Counted from the first letter of the stretch, positions 42,601 to 52,435 are shown. The stretch: 64,000 nucleotides of DNA from an uncultured Clostridia bacterium (GCA_947053545.1 CAMRSY010000004.1:9006-73005); one strand, 5' to 3'. Notes: generated by a model not told the origin, from the sequence alone. Made by a program: numbers and translations.

Positions 42601-44796
42601 TTACTTGCCGTTTTTAGCCGCCGCTACGCGCTTGTAATCGAACGTATTGACAATTTCGAGCGCGGCTTCAGGCTTCATAGACTTTCCAATAATCCAGCCC
42701 TGTATGGTATCGCAGCCCAGATAATTAAGCATATCGAACTCCTGCGTGGTTTCAACGCCCTCGCAAATCGTCGTCCTGTTCAAAAGTTTTGCAATATTGG
42801 TAATAAATTTGACTATTGCCTGACTCTCTTTACTGATTAATACGTCTTTAACAAACTCTTTATCTATTTTTATAGTAGATATGGGAAGCTTTTTAATGTA
42901 AAGCAAAGATGAATATTCGGTACCGAAATCGTCGAGATGCACATTTATGCCGTGCGAAGTTAAAATATCCAGCTTTTTTAAAGTTTCGTTAAAGTTGGTC
43001 ATCAAAAAGCTTTCGGTAATTTCAACGCAAACCGAGCCGGGTTTCAGATTGTATTTTTTATAAATTTTTAAAAAGTTTTCGGTAAAACCGGCCTGCATAA
43101 GCTGAACGGGCGAAACGTTTAACGAAACGCTAACATTTTTCCCCTCAAGTTTTTTGGCAAACTGCATACCCGAATCGAAAATGAAATCGCCCAGCTGAAC
43201 CATTGCCCCCGTGCGCTCGGCATATGTTATAAACGAAAACGTATCAACGTTTACGTTCCAACTCTTTTTTACCCTGAAAAGCGCTTCGAAGCCCTCTATC
43301 CTCTCTTCTTTAATATTGTACTGCGGCTGATACTCCATTTCAAATGCGCCCTCGGCAAGCATCTGTTTAATGTCGAACGTGATGAAATATTTTTCATACA
43401 GTTTTCTCTGCGACTCGTGATAGACGATATATTCCGCAATTTTGGTGTCGACAGCGCGCTGACGCGCCGCCTCGGCAGCCTTGTACGCGTGTTCGAAATT
43501 CAGCGGCGACATACTTGCGTCGCACATTGCAAAACCCGATTTGATGTCAAGCGTAAACAGATTGTCTTCCATTTTTAAAGGCGAGTTGACATACCTGTGG
43601 ATATCTTCCAAATCGGCCATTAAAATATCTAGTTTTTTGCCGTCGGGATAAACAACGCCGATATACCCGAAATCAAGCTCGTATGCGTATGTAAATTTTT
43701 CGTGCGCCTTTTTTAAAATTACGCGCTGAATATCTACCGCCATCTGTTTCCCGAACAGTGTTTTTATCTGTTCGAGACTGCTGATAAACATAATGCCCAA
43801 CAGCGTACGTTTGCCTTTGGATATAAAACTGTCGAACACTTTCGAAAGCGAGGCGGTCGATTTTCCGTCCGAATCGAATTTGGCAACGTTTTCCTCGCTT
43901 TGAATAAACGCGTCGGCGTTAACTATATCGGCGGCATACACAACCGAGCGGTTAGGCTGCGAATTTATTCGCATTGCAACCAGCCTGTCGCCGTAGTTGC
44001 CGTTTAAACTTACAAGATTAAACGCTATTTTATCAAGCTTTTCAGGTTCGTCAATTTTAACCGTCGTTGCAAACTCGTGCTTGAACGCGCTGTTTGAATG
44101 CAGTATTTTGCCCGTTTTATCTATCGTTACTTTATATTTAAACCTGTCCGACTTTTCGCGGTTACCTAAAAAGTACGCGCCGGCTACAAACGCAGCGGTT
44201 ATTATAATTCCCGAAGCTATCAGTACGGCTACGGTATTTCCCAGCAAATTATCTATTATTTTCTGCCGCTCGTTAAAGTCGGTTAAACCGCCTATTCGAA
44301 AAGCGCTGTCTCCCAGCCGCGAAGAAGAAAAAATGTACGTCTTGCCGCCGATTTCCACCGTTCCGGCGGCTCCGTAAGACACTCCTATATCTTTCAGGCT
44401 TCCGCTAAGCTCAAGCTCCCCTCCGTCGATAATACTTCCGCCCTGCGCTTCACTGAAAATTATGTAATAATCGAAAGCTGCAGACGAACCGCACTCTTCC
44501 GCGATGCTCTCAATAAGCGCGCCGTTGCCTAAAAGCCCGTCGATATCCGCAGCGTGCGCACCGTAAATTTTTGTTGCAAGCGATTCGGATTTTTGACTGT
44601 ATCCCGCAAATTCCTGCTTATATATTTTAGAAGAAAACTGACTGAATATAAACAGACCTGCCGCAACCTCTACAAGTATTATTATCGCGACGAAAACCAA
44701 AACTTTGAAAACGGAAGATTTATTCAGTTGAGGCAAAGATTTTTTCTTCTTTTTCACCGTTCTCCCCCGCCGTAACTTTATTACGGTATAATACAT
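42601..44796 (-). CDS. sensor-domain + degenerate-GGDEF + EAL protein (c-di-GMP phosphodiesterase)
   Basis: Two TM helices flank a ~150-aa extracytoplasmic segment. No GGDEF motif. EAL motifs FEALFRV, EITE, DDFGTEYSSL, KIDKEF, CEGVET, QGW. Confidence 0.85.
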   Translation of the reverse strand: MYYTVIKLRRGRTVKKKKKSLPQLNKSSVFKVLVFVAIIILVEVAAGLFIFSQFSSKIYKQEFAGYSQKSESLATKIYGAHAADIDGLLGNGALIESIAEECGSSAAFDYYIIFSEAQGGSIIDGGELELSGSLKDIGVSYGAAGTVEIGGKTYIFSSSRLGDSAFRIGGLTDFNERQKIIDNLLGNTVAVLIASGIIITAAFVAGAYFLGNREKSDRFKYKVTIDKTGKILHSNSAFKHEFATTVKIDEPEKLDKIAFNLVSLNGNYGDRLVAMRINSQPNRSVVYAADIVNADAFIQSEENVAKFDSDGKSTASLSKVFDSFISKGKRTLLGIMFISSLEQIKTLFGKQMAVDIQRVILKKAHEKFTYAYELDFGYIGVVYPDGKKLDILMADLEDIHRYVNSPLKMEDNLFTLDIKSGFAMCDASMSPLNFEHAYKAAEAARQRAVDTKIAEYIVYHESQRKLYEKYFITFDIKQMLAEGAFEMEYQPQYNIKEERIEGFEALFRVKKSWNVNVDTFSFITYAERTGAMVQLGDFIFDSGMQFAKKLEGKNVSVSLNVSPVQLMQAGFTENFLKIYKKYNLKPGSVCVEITESFLMTNFNETLKKLDILTSHGINVHLDDFGTEYSSLLYIKKLPISTIKIDKEFVKDVLISKESQAIVKFITNIAKLLNRTTICEGVETTQEFDMLNYLGCDTIQGWIIGKSMKPEAALEIVNTFDYKRVAAAKNGK

Positions 44797-44911
44797 ACTA
44801 CATTATATCATTTTACGTCTAATTGTCAAGATAACATTAAAAATTAATATATTCGTATCGGTTTGCATATTAACAATGTATACTTACAAATAATTTGCCA
44901 CGATATAGCCG

Positions 44912-44946
44912 AAAACCGCAACAGCATTTACTGCTGTTGCGGTTTT
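44912..44946. terminator. Hairpin immediately 3' of tRNA-Arg
   Basis: AAAACCGCAACAGC-atttact-GCTGTTGCGGTTTT. Confidence 0.5.
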
Positions 44947-45021
44947 TGGTACTCCCGACGGGAATCGAACCCATAACTAACCCTTAGGAGGGGTTTATTA
45001 TATCCATTTAACTACGGAAGC
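44947..45021 (-). tRNA. tRNA-Arg(CCT)
   Basis: Hand fold: anticodon stem AACCC/GGGTT with loop CTCCTAA, T-loop TTCGATT, CCA encoded. The acceptor stem contains two G-U pairs. Confidence 0.8.
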
Positions 45022-45099
45022 ATGCTGTTAAAGCCATTTAATGATACAACAACCCCGTTTAAAAATCAACTTATTTAAAGGTGAAAATTCAGCACACAA

Positions 45100-46002
45100 T
45101 TATTTATTTTTCTTCTTCCCGCAGAACATATTCAGCAATACGTATACTGCGATTAAAAGAACTATGCTTAAAATCAACACCAGATACGACACCCAAATTT
45201 CCACCTTATTTCCGAAAAAATATAAGTTTGCGTCTACCGAATCGCGAATTTCAGAAATTACCGAATCATCCCATCCCATTGAAATCATTTCTCTGAACGT
45301 GCCGTTCATGGCATGCTGGCGGACAAGCGAAGTACCGTACGTACCGGGCAGAAAGCCCAGTATGTTTTGCAGAGTTTTACCGAAAAATGATATTGGCATA
45401 TAGGCGCCGCAAACAAAACCGTACCCGGCGCTAACGGCCGTACCCACCGCCGACATCTGCCCCTGCGTACTTAAAAAGAAATTAATAACCGACGACAGCG
45501 CGGTTCCGAACATGGAAAGTAAAACTATATCCGCGAGCAACAAAAATACGTCGCCTACGCTTAAATACCATCCCGAACAGGCAATATAAATCAGCGAGCC
45601 CACGCCTGCCACTCCGCAAACTATTACAGTAGTAACTGCAGTTGAAACGTAGTAACCTATTGCATGCACCCATCGGGACGCGGGCGTAATAAGAAGGTCG
45701 TTGCGAGCGCCGGTAACTTTGTCGTTAACCATTATCATATTCGAGCAAAACGCCACGGTAATACAGCATACTGCCAGAAGGGACGAACACAGCTGCCCTG
45801 CAACCATTCCGTTAATCAGTTTATCGGGGCAGGAAACCTCGCCAAGCGAACTGACGAAACTATCTTTAAAAACTTTAGACAGAAAAAAGACATACAGCAC
45901 AAGCAAAATTATAGGCGTAATAAGCGACGAAAAAAACATTCCCTTATCCTTGAAATACACTTTGCAGTTGCGCTTTATCGAAGATAAAAGTTCGCTAATC
46001 AT
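45100..46002 (-). CDS. ABC-2-type transporter permease
   Basis: About six hydrophobic helices, ~300 aa. ATGA-type overlap with the upstream ATPase gene. Confidence 0.7.
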   Translation of the reverse strand: MISELLSSIKRNCKVYFKDKGMFFSSLITPIILLVLYVFFLSKVFKDSFVSSLGEVSCPDKLINGMVAGQLCSSLLAVCCITVAFCSNMIMVNDKVTGARNDLLITPASRWVHAIGYYVSTAVTTVIVCGVAGVGSLIYIACSGWYLSVGDVFLLLADIVLLSMFGTALSSVINFFLSTQGQMSAVGTAVSAGYGFVCGAYMPISFFGKTLQNILGFLPGTYGTSLVRQHAMNGTFREMISMGWDDSVISEIRDSVDANLYFFGNKVEIWVSYLVLILSIVLLIAVYVLLNMFCGKKKNK

Positions 46003-46910
46003 AACATACCTCCGCCAAGTTTTTTGCCCGTAACGGCAAGAAAAACGTCGTCCATTTTACCTTTTATCACCTCGTAATCGGTAAACAGCCGTGGATTATT
46101 TACTATTAAATTAGTAGCTTCGCTAATATCGGTTACCGATATACGGAATCCTCCGGCTATTGCTTCGTATTTAACGTTAAGCTCTTTAACCTTTTCTTCT
46201 TCTACTCCGTAAACCGTAATAAAATCGCCCGTGTATTGGTTTTTCAATTCAAGCGGAGTACCTTCCGCAACAATACTGCCCCCGTCGATTATAACCACGT
46301 AATCCGCGTCTGCCGCTTCCTCCATATAGTGCGTGGTTAAAAGCACGGTAACCCCGTCGTCTTTACGCAGCGAATTTATTACGTCCCAGATAAGCTTTCT
46401 TGTCTGCGGGTCAAGCCCCGTAGTGGGCTCGTCCAGTATTAAAATTTTCGGTTTATGAATTAGCGCGCGCGCAATATCCACACGGCGTTTCTGACCGCCT
46501 GAAAGTTTACCGAGCGTTCTTTTTAAAACAGGGGAAAGTTGCAAAAGCGCGCAAAGTTCTTCAAGCCTTTTTTTAAACTTTTCGCCGCTTATTCCGTAAA
46601 GACCGGCACGGTATTTTAAGTTGTCAATAACCGACAAAGATTTATCCAGCACGGAATTTTGAAAAACCACGCCTAAATTACGCTTAACGTCGTTCATATT
46701 CTTTTCTATATCGTGCCCGTTAACCGTAACTTTGCCTTCGTCAGCCCTAAGCTGTCCGCAAATTACGGAAATAGTAGTGCTTTTCCCCGCTCCGTTAACG
46801 CCCAAAAAAGCAAAAAGCTGCCCCTCTTCCACCGAAAAGCTCAAACCGTTTACCGCATGAACGTCTTTAAAACTTTTATGTAAATTTTCAATTTCTATTA
46901 CTTTTTTCAT
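45999..46910 (-). CDS. ABC transporter ATP-binding protein (DrrA-like)
   Basis: Walker A GVNGAGKSTT, signature LSGGQKRR, Walker B ILILDEPT. Confidence 0.9.
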   Translation of the reverse strand: MKKVIEIENLHKSFKDVHAVNGLSFSVEEGQLFAFLGVNGAGKSTTISVICGQLRADEGKVTVNGHDIEKNMNDVKRNLGVVFQNSVLDKSLSVIDNLKYRAGLYGISGEKFKKRLEELCALLQLSPVLKRTLGKLSGGQKRRVDIARALIHKPKILILDEPTTGLDPQTRKLIWDVINSLRKDDGVTVLLTTHYMEEAADADYVVIIDGGSIVAEGTPLELKNQYTGDFITVYGVEEEKVKELNVKYEAIAGGFRISVTDISEATNLIVNNPRLFTDYEVIKGKMDDVFLAVTGKKLGGGML

Positions 46911-46912
46911 AT

Positions 46913-48046
46913 TTATTCACTCATTAAAGATTTTAATGGCGTTTTTGTTATGCGCCATACGTAATATTGATTTAACGCCTCGTACGCAACAACGAAAATT
47001 GCCGTACATACGCCGAACGCCTTCCAGTCGAACGCATAATGCGCCGTACCTTCAACCGAAGAGAAAACAATGTTTATCATAACGTTCAAAACGCCCCACT
47101 GATACGCGCTACCGATTGCAAATCCTAATACCGCGGGAAGATGATACAGTCCCAGCACCGCCAAACCGCTCTCTTTTATACTGTATCCGTTGGCTTTCAG
47201 CATTGCAACCGTCTTGGCGTTGCCGCTTATTACGGCGCTTAACGCAAGCAGTAGCGACATTGCCGCAAGCACAAGTCCGATTATCAATATCATATACCCC
47301 ATCATATCGCTTGCATATGTGCGCATAGAAAGCCCCATCTGAGTCATTGCGGAAAAGCAGAAACATCCGAACCCTACGAAAAACACAAGCATTTTTCTAC
47401 CTTTAATCACACTGAAAGCCAACTCGGTTAAAAAATTTCTATCTTTATCGGACTTTGTAACTTTAATACGCCGCAGCTTATCCCCGCCCTTTATAAGCGA
47501 GAGCGCGGGGGCTTTAAGCTTTATATAAGCAATTAGCACTGACAGTGCAGAATAAAACAGCGTAGGCAATACAACGGTCAGCAGCAAAACAGGTTGATAG
47601 TGCAAAACTACCGTCGGTAAAGTTTCTCCGTCGTTCTGAGCTGCGTAAAACTTTGTCATAAGTGCCCAACTTAACGCATATCCAGCCGCCGCGCCTATTA
47701 ATACGCAAAGCCCGAATACCGCACAGCTTGCCGCAACCTTTAAATCGTTATAACCCAAAGCTTTTAAAATGCCGAAACGCGCGGAGTGTTCTTTTATATA
47801 ATTGCCGATATAAAAGATAAGCAAAACCGCCGACGTCATGGCAAGGCAACCGCCCGTTACGCCGCAGACCACCTTACTATTTAATTGCATAGCCTTATAG
47901 GCAACCTGCTGACTTTCCGAAATCTCACCCGCGATTGCGTTTAAATCTATATGATAGTTCAAAAACATATTACATACCAAAACAGCGCAACAAACGGTTA
48001 TTATAATACCTATAAATTTGAACGCGTCCTTAAAACTTACAATCAT
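46913..48046 (-). CDS. FtsX-like ABC transporter permease
   Basis: Multi-TM protein following a MacB/LolD-type ATPase. GY(S/N) segments after KALGY and KANGY are typical of FtsX-fold permeases. Confidence 0.7.
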   Translation of the reverse strand: MIVSFKDAFKFIGIIITVCCAVLVCNMFLNYHIDLNAIAGEISESQQVAYKAMQLNSKVVCGVTGGCLAMTSAVLLIFYIGNYIKEHSARFGILKALGYNDLKVAASCAVFGLCVLIGAAAGYALSWALMTKFYAAQNDGETLPTVVLHYQPVLLLTVVLPTLFYSALSVLIAYIKLKAPALSLIKGGDKLRRIKVTKSDKDRNFLTELAFSVIKGRKMLVFFVGFGCFCFSAMTQMGLSMRTYASDMMGYMILIIGLVLAAMSLLLALSAVISGNAKTVAMLKANGYSIKESGLAVLGLYHLPAVLGFAIGSAYQWGVLNVMINIVFSSVEGTAHYAFDWKAFGVCTAIFVVAYEALNQYYVWRITKTPLKSLMSE

Positions 48047-48050
48047 AGCG

Positions 48051-48743
48051 TTACCAACCTATTTCGTACGCGCCCTTTGGCGAAATGTTGCGGCTAATAT
48101 CCACTATAGCGCCGCTGTTTAACCGTACGACAGTATCAGCCGTCTTAGCGATATTTTCGTTATGCGTAACCGTTATAAGCGTAAATCCGCGCTCTTTTTG
48201 CAGTTTTAGCACATAGTCCAAAAGCTGTCTGCCCGTAGCCTCGTCGAGCGCGCCGGTCGGCTCGTCCATAAATAGCACCTGCGGAAGCTTGGCAAGCGCC
48301 CTTGCTACCGCCGCGCGTTGCTGTTCGCCGCCCGAAAGCTGGCGCGGATACTTATTCAGCTTATCGGCAAGCCCGACCTCCTCTATAATCTTTCGGTATT
48401 CGGAGTTACCCGCAAGGTCGGCGCCCATACGCACGTTTTTGTCCACGGTCATATCAGGCAACAGATAGTATTGCTGAAATACAAAACCGACGGTTGCGCG
48501 CCTGAACGCGGTCAATTCTCTGTCCGAAAGCGCCGTTATATCCCTTCCGTCGTAAATTACTTTACCTTCGTCTACCCGCTCCAAGCCGCTCGTCACGTTC
48601 AAAAGCGTCGACTTACCCGAACCGGACGCGCCTAAAATTACAATATTTTCGCCGTTATTAACGGTTAAATTTATACCCTTTAAAATCTGCTGAACGTTTT
48701 CCGCGCTGCCGAAAGATTTTTTTACGTTTTCAATTTCTATCAT
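48051..48743 (-). CDS. ABC transporter ATP-binding protein (MacB/LolD-type)
   Basis: Walker [12 protein letters not shown], signature LSGGEQQR, Walker [12 protein letters not shown]. Confidence 0.9.
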   Translation of the reverse strand: MIEIENVKKSFGSAENVQQILKGINLTVNNGENIVILGASGSGKSTLLNVTSGLERVDEGKVIYDGRDITALSDRELTAFRRATVGFVFQQYYLLPDMTVDKNVRMGADLAGNSEYRKIIEEVGLADKLNKYPRQLSGGEQQRAAVARALAKLPQVLFMDEPTGALDEATGRQLLDYVLKLQKERGFTLITVTHNENIAKTADTVVRLNSGAIVDISRNISPKGAYEIGW

Positions 48744-49305
48744 TTCTCGTTTCCTTAATCTGCCTCAGCATGCTTTTAAAAGCAAAAGTAAGCCTGTCGC
48801 TTATTTCTTCTTCGCCGAAAAAGCACGAACCGGTAGCGCACAAAACGGCAATTCCATGAGTGTAAATCATTATATCCTTGTGCAAACCGCGCGCAGTTTC
48901 ACTGTCTAATCCCCACGATTTTTCAAGCGCTTCGACTATTTTTGCGTTATTGTCGTCAAGCAGCATAAAACCGTCGAGCCCTACCGAATATTCAGACATA
49001 AACAGCAGCCGGAAAAGATTGGTTTCCTTTACGGCAAATTCAATATACTTTAATCCCGCGCCTTTGAAAGGCAACCGATATTTCAGCCCTTCCTCAATAT
49101 AGCCGTCATAAATAATTTTTGCCTGCAAAACGACCTCCTCGCGCAGTTTGTCCATATTTTCAAATTCCGAAAATATGGGTGCAACCGAACAGTTAAGTTT
49201 ATCGCCCAGCGCCCGCGCTGTAAGCGCGGGCATGCCTGCCGCACGGACCAAGTCCGTTGCGGCGGAAACAATTTGCTGCTTTGAAAATTTCGCTTTTGGC
49301 GGCAT
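48730..49305 (-). CDS. TetR/AcrR-family transcriptional regulator
   Basis: N-terminal HTH (QIVSAATDLVRAAGMPALTARALGDKLNCSVAPIF), ~190 aa, first gene of the ABC operon. Confidence 0.85.
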   Translation of the reverse strand: MPPKAKFSKQQIVSAATDLVRAAGMPALTARALGDKLNCSVAPIFSEFENMDKLREEVVLQAKIIYDGYIEEGLKYRLPFKGAGLKYIEFAVKETNLFRLLFMSEYSVGLDGFMLLDDNNAKIVEALEKSWGLDSETARGLHKDIMIYTHGIAVLCATGSCFFGEEEISDRLTFAFKSMLRQIKETRNDRN

Positions 49306-49323
49306 TGGTTTACCTCACAATAA

Positions 49324-49377
49324 ATAACATATGTTATATAACATATACTATTATACGCGGAAAATAAACATTGTCAA
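49324..49377 (-). promoter_or_regulatory. Promoter (TTGACA-16-TATAAT) with overlapping perfect palindromes (likely TetR operator)
   Basis: -35 at 49377-49372, -10 at 49355-49350. 18-bp palindrome ATATGTTATATAACATAT at 49329-49346 and 14-bp palindrome ATAACATATGTTAT at 49324-49337. Confidence 0.55.
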
Positions 49378-49414
49378 TAAAAAAAGCAGACTTTTGCGAA
49401 AGTCTGCTCTTTTT
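49378..49414. terminator. Bidirectional hairpin terminator after gap
   Basis: AAAAAAA-AGCAGACTTT-tgcg-AAAGTCTGCT-CTTTTT. Confidence 0.7.
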
Positions 49415-49427
49415 AGTTGATTACAAA

Positions 49428-50441
49428 TTATAATTCAGCAAAATATTTTATAGTTCTTACCATCTGCGAGGTATAAGAATTTTCGTTATCGTACCAAGAT
49501 ACAACTTTAACAAGGGTTGTACCGTCGCCGAGAGGCATACATTTGGTTTGCGTTGCGTCGAACAGCGAACCGTACGTGATACCTATAATATCGCTGGAGA
49601 CAACCTCGTCCTCGGTATAGCCGTAGCTTGCCGACGACGCCGCTTTCATAGCAGCGTTTACGCTTGCCGCGTCAACCTCGCCTTCGCAAACCGCGATAAG
49701 CTGAGTAAGCGAACCGGTGGGAACGGGAACACGCTGTGCGCAACCGTCCAAAACTCCGTTGAGTTCGGGGATAACAAGCCCGATAGCCTTTGCCGCGCCC
49801 GTGGAATTGGGAACGATGTTTACGGCAGCCGCCCTTGCCCTTCTCAAATCGCCTTTACGATGAGGTCCGTCCAAAACCATCTGGTCGCCGGTATATGCGT
49901 GAATGGTTGTCATATATCCCTTTTTAATTTTGCAAAGCTTGTTAAGCGTTGCAGCCATGGGAGCAAGGCAGTTTGTTGTGCAGCTTGCCGCGGAAATAAC
50001 CGTGTCGCTTGCCTTTAAAGTATTTTCGTTTACGCTGTAAACAACCGTAGGCAAATCGTTGCCTGCAGGAGCGGAAATAACGCACTTTTTAGCGCCTGCG
50101 GTAATGTGTGCGGAAGCCTTTTCTTTCGAGCAGTAAAAACCGGTGCACTCCAAAACCACGTCTACGCCAACCTCTCCCCAGGGAAGGTTAGCCGCGTCTT
50201 TTTCAGCATAAATTTTAATGGTTTTGCCGTTAACGGTTATGCTGTCGTCACCTGCGACTACCGTTTCGGCATACTTGTATCTGCCCTGTGCGGAATCGTA
50301 CTTTAAAAGATGAGCAAGCATTTTGGGGCTTGTCAAATCGTTGATAGCTACGATTTCATATCCCTCTGCATCGAACATCTGCCTGAACGCAAGACGGCCG
50401 ATACGACCGAAACCGTTGATAGCAACCTTTACAATAGCCAT
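49428..50441 (-). CDS. gap: glyceraldehyde-3-phosphate dehydrogenase
   Basis: [11 protein letters not shown]-binding motif and active-site SCTTNCLAP. Confidence 0.95.
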   Translation of the reverse strand: MAIVKVAINGFGRIGRLAFRQMFDAEGYEIVAINDLTSPKMLAHLLKYDSAQGRYKYAETVVAGDDSITVNGKTIKIYAEKDAANLPWGEVGVDVVLECTGFYCSKEKASAHITAGAKKCVISAPAGNDLPTVVYSVNENTLKASDTVISAASCTTNCLAPMAATLNKLCKIKKGYMTTIHAYTGDQMVLDGPHRKGDLRRARAAAVNIVPNSTGAAKAIGLVIPELNGVLDGCAQRVPVPTGSLTQLIAVCEGEVDAASVNAAMKAASSASYGYTEDEVVSSDIIGITYGSLFDATQTKCMPLGDGTTLVKVVSWYDNENSYTSQMVRTIKYFAEL

Positions 50442-50602
50442 AAATATATTCCTCCGAATAAAAAATATTAACTTAACAGTATTTCAGCAACCAAAGTTTT
50501 CCTGTGTTGCCAACGCAGTCATTATAGCAAACCGGCGCAATCAAGTCAACAAAATATCAAAGCAATCGCGCTTATTTTTTTACGACAATTTTTAAAATAC
50601 AC

Positions 50603-50631
50603 TTGAAATTTAAAAGCTTATGAATTATACT
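50603..50631 (+). promoter_or_regulatory. Candidate sigmaA promoter for fba (TTGAAA-17-TATACT)
   Basis: -35 at 50603-50608, -10 at 50626-50631. Confidence 0.45.
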
Positions 50632-50686
50632 TAAATAAGGTAATTTTTACCTTAACTTAATTATTTTTGGTATCGGAGGTTTTGAT

Positions 50687-51553
50687 ATGGGTTTGGTTTC
50701 GGCAAAGGAAATGCTTGCAAAAGCAAGGGACGGCAAATACGCGGTAGGACAGTTTAATATCAACAATTTAGAGTGGACAAAATCGATTTTGCAGACTGCC
50801 GAGGAGCTTAAAGCCCCCGTTATTTTAGGCGTTTCGGAAGGCGCAGGCAAATATATGACAGGTTTTAAAACCGTTGCAGATATGGTTAAAGCCATGATTG
50901 AAGAAATGCACATAACAGTTCCCGTTGCCCTTCATCTCGACCACGGCACATACGACGGCTGCTATAAATGCATAAAGGCCGGATTCTCCTCCATTATGTT
51001 CGACGGCTCGCATTTCCCCATTGAAGAAAATATAGCAAAGACGAAGGAACTTGTCGCAGTTACCGCCCAGCTTGGTTTATCGCTTGAAGCCGAAGTAGGC
51101 GCTATCGGCGGCGAAGAAGACGGCGTTATAGGTAAAGGCGAATGCGCCGACCCCGAAGAATGTAAAAAAATTGCCGATTTGGGTGTTACGATGCTTGCGG
51201 CGGGCATAGGCAATATTCACGGTAAATACCCCGCAAACTGGGAAGGTTTAAGCTTTGAAACGCTTGCCGCGGTGAAAGAAAAAGTGGGCGATATGCCGCT
51301 TGTTCTTCACGGCGGAACAGGAATTCCTACCGATATGATTAAAAAGGCGATTTCTTTGGGAGTTGCAAAAATAAACGTTAACACCGAGTGCCAGCTTGCT
51401 TTCCAGGAAGCGACCAGAAAATATATCGAAGCGGGCAAAGATTTGGTTGGCAAAGGATTCGACCCCAGAAAACTGCTTGCCGACGGCTGCGCCGCAATAA
51501 AGGCAACCGTTAAAGAAAAAATGGAAATTTTCGGTTGCATAGGCAAGGCTTAA
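50687..51553 (+). CDS. fba: class II fructose-bisphosphate aldolase
   Basis: Motifs GQFNINN, ALHLDHG, VLHGGTG. GGAGG RBS. Confidence 0.95.
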   Translation: MGLVSAKEMLAKARDGKYAVGQFNINNLEWTKSILQTAEELKAPVILGVSEGAGKYMTGFKTVADMVKAMIEEMHITVPVALHLDHGTYDGCYKCIKAGFSSIMFDGSHFPIEENIAKTKELVAVTAQLGLSLEAEVGAIGGEEDGVIGKGECADPEECKKIADLGVTMLAAGIGNIHGKYPANWEGLSFETLAAVKEKVGDMPLVLHGGTGIPTDMIKKAISLGVAKINVNTECQLAFQEATRKYIEAGKDLVGKGFDPRKLLADGCAAIKATVKEKMEIFGCIGKA

Positions 51554-51568
51554 ATATTAAATGATTAT

Positions 51569-51606
51569 TCCGCCGTCGGTTTTTCAACTCCGACGGCGGA
51601 TTTTTT
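51569..51606 (+). terminator. Rho-independent terminator after fba
   Basis: TCCGCCGTCGG-tttttcaact-CCGACGGCGGA followed by TTTTTT. Confidence 0.75.
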
Positions 51607-51630
51607 ATAAAACTGCGCATATTAAAATAT

Positions 51631-52041
51631 ATGAAAAAGAAAATTTTTGCCGTAATGCTTGCGGCCGTAACCGCATGCTTATTTTTATGCGCATTTACTT
51701 TTGACAGCGATTCTTCCGTTAAATCGCTTACAAAACCTTATATCGCCACCTACGATTGCACCTATGCACAGCTGGGAAAGGAAGATTTGCTGGAAAAATA
51801 CGAATACCTTAAAATAACGTTTCTTGACGACAAACAGCTTGAGGTAAGCTTTAAACGCAAAAAGGGAAAGCGGCACGCCTATGTAAGCGATTACGTGTAT
51901 GACGACAAAACAGGCGAAATAAAAGCGGAAATAGGCATTTTGGGATTTAAGTTCAGACAGGCAACAAAGATAGAAAACGGTAAATTTAATTTGAGTATGC
52001 CCATATTAGGCAGACAGCTTATAATGCAATTTTCATCGTAA
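51631..52041 (+). CDS. putative secreted protein/lipoprotein (136 aa)
   Basis: N-terminal signal MKKKIFAVMLAAVTAC with a possible lipobox Cys. Confidence 0.5.
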   Translation: MKKKIFAVMLAAVTACLFLCAFTFDSDSSVKSLTKPYIATYDCTYAQLGKEDLLEKYEYLKITFLDDKQLEVSFKRKKGKRHAYVSDYVYDDKTGEIKAEIGILGFKFRQATKIENGKFNLSMPILGRQLIMQFSS

Positions 52042-52078
52042 AACAGCAGCCGCGGAAAATTTACGCGGCTGCTGTTTT
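52040..52078. terminator. Bidirectional terminator between convergent genes
   Basis: AAAACAGCAGCCGCG-gaaaattta-CGCGGCTGCTGTTTT. Confidence 0.7.
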
Positions 52079-52081
52079 ATA

Positions 52082-52435
52082 TTATTTTGAAGGATTAAAT
52101 TTACCGTTTATTTGTTCGACGCCGCCCTCTTCCACCTGCGCGAATACCGCGCTTTCAGCCATTGAGCCGACGTCGCCCGAACTGTCGCTTAAAATATCGT
52201 CGATAGTTACCTGACGCTCGGCAGCTCGCTTATAATTAAAATGAAACACGTTTTTATCGTAAAACGCTACGTCGTATTCCATTTTACACAAATTTTCGGG
52301 TAGATACGAATTGTAAATTTTTTCTTTGTTGCGCTTTTCGGCTTTCGATTTTTGCGCCGCATACAATATATAAGTAAACAGCAAAATCAAAAAAACTCCG
52401 CCGGCGCATATCAGTAAAATATATTCGGGCTTCAT
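52082..52435 (-). CDS. hypothetical single-TM protein (117 aa)
   Basis: N-terminal hydrophobic helix. No other motif recognised. Confidence 0.45.
   Translation of the reverse strand: MKPEYILLICAGGVFLILLFTYILYAAQKSKAEKRNKEKIYNSYLPENLCKMEYDVAFYDKNVFHFNYKRAAERQVTIDDILSDSSGDVGSMAESAVFAQVEEGGVEQINGKFNPSK

Noticed and set aside
50647-51546. Minus-strand ORFs inside fba (50647-50913, 50825-51013, 50962-51213, 51307-51546), and analogous antisense ORFs in gap, glgP, glgA, glgC and glgB
   Set aside because: They are antisense to highly conserved housekeeping genes with unmistakable motifs, and are shadow ORFs.
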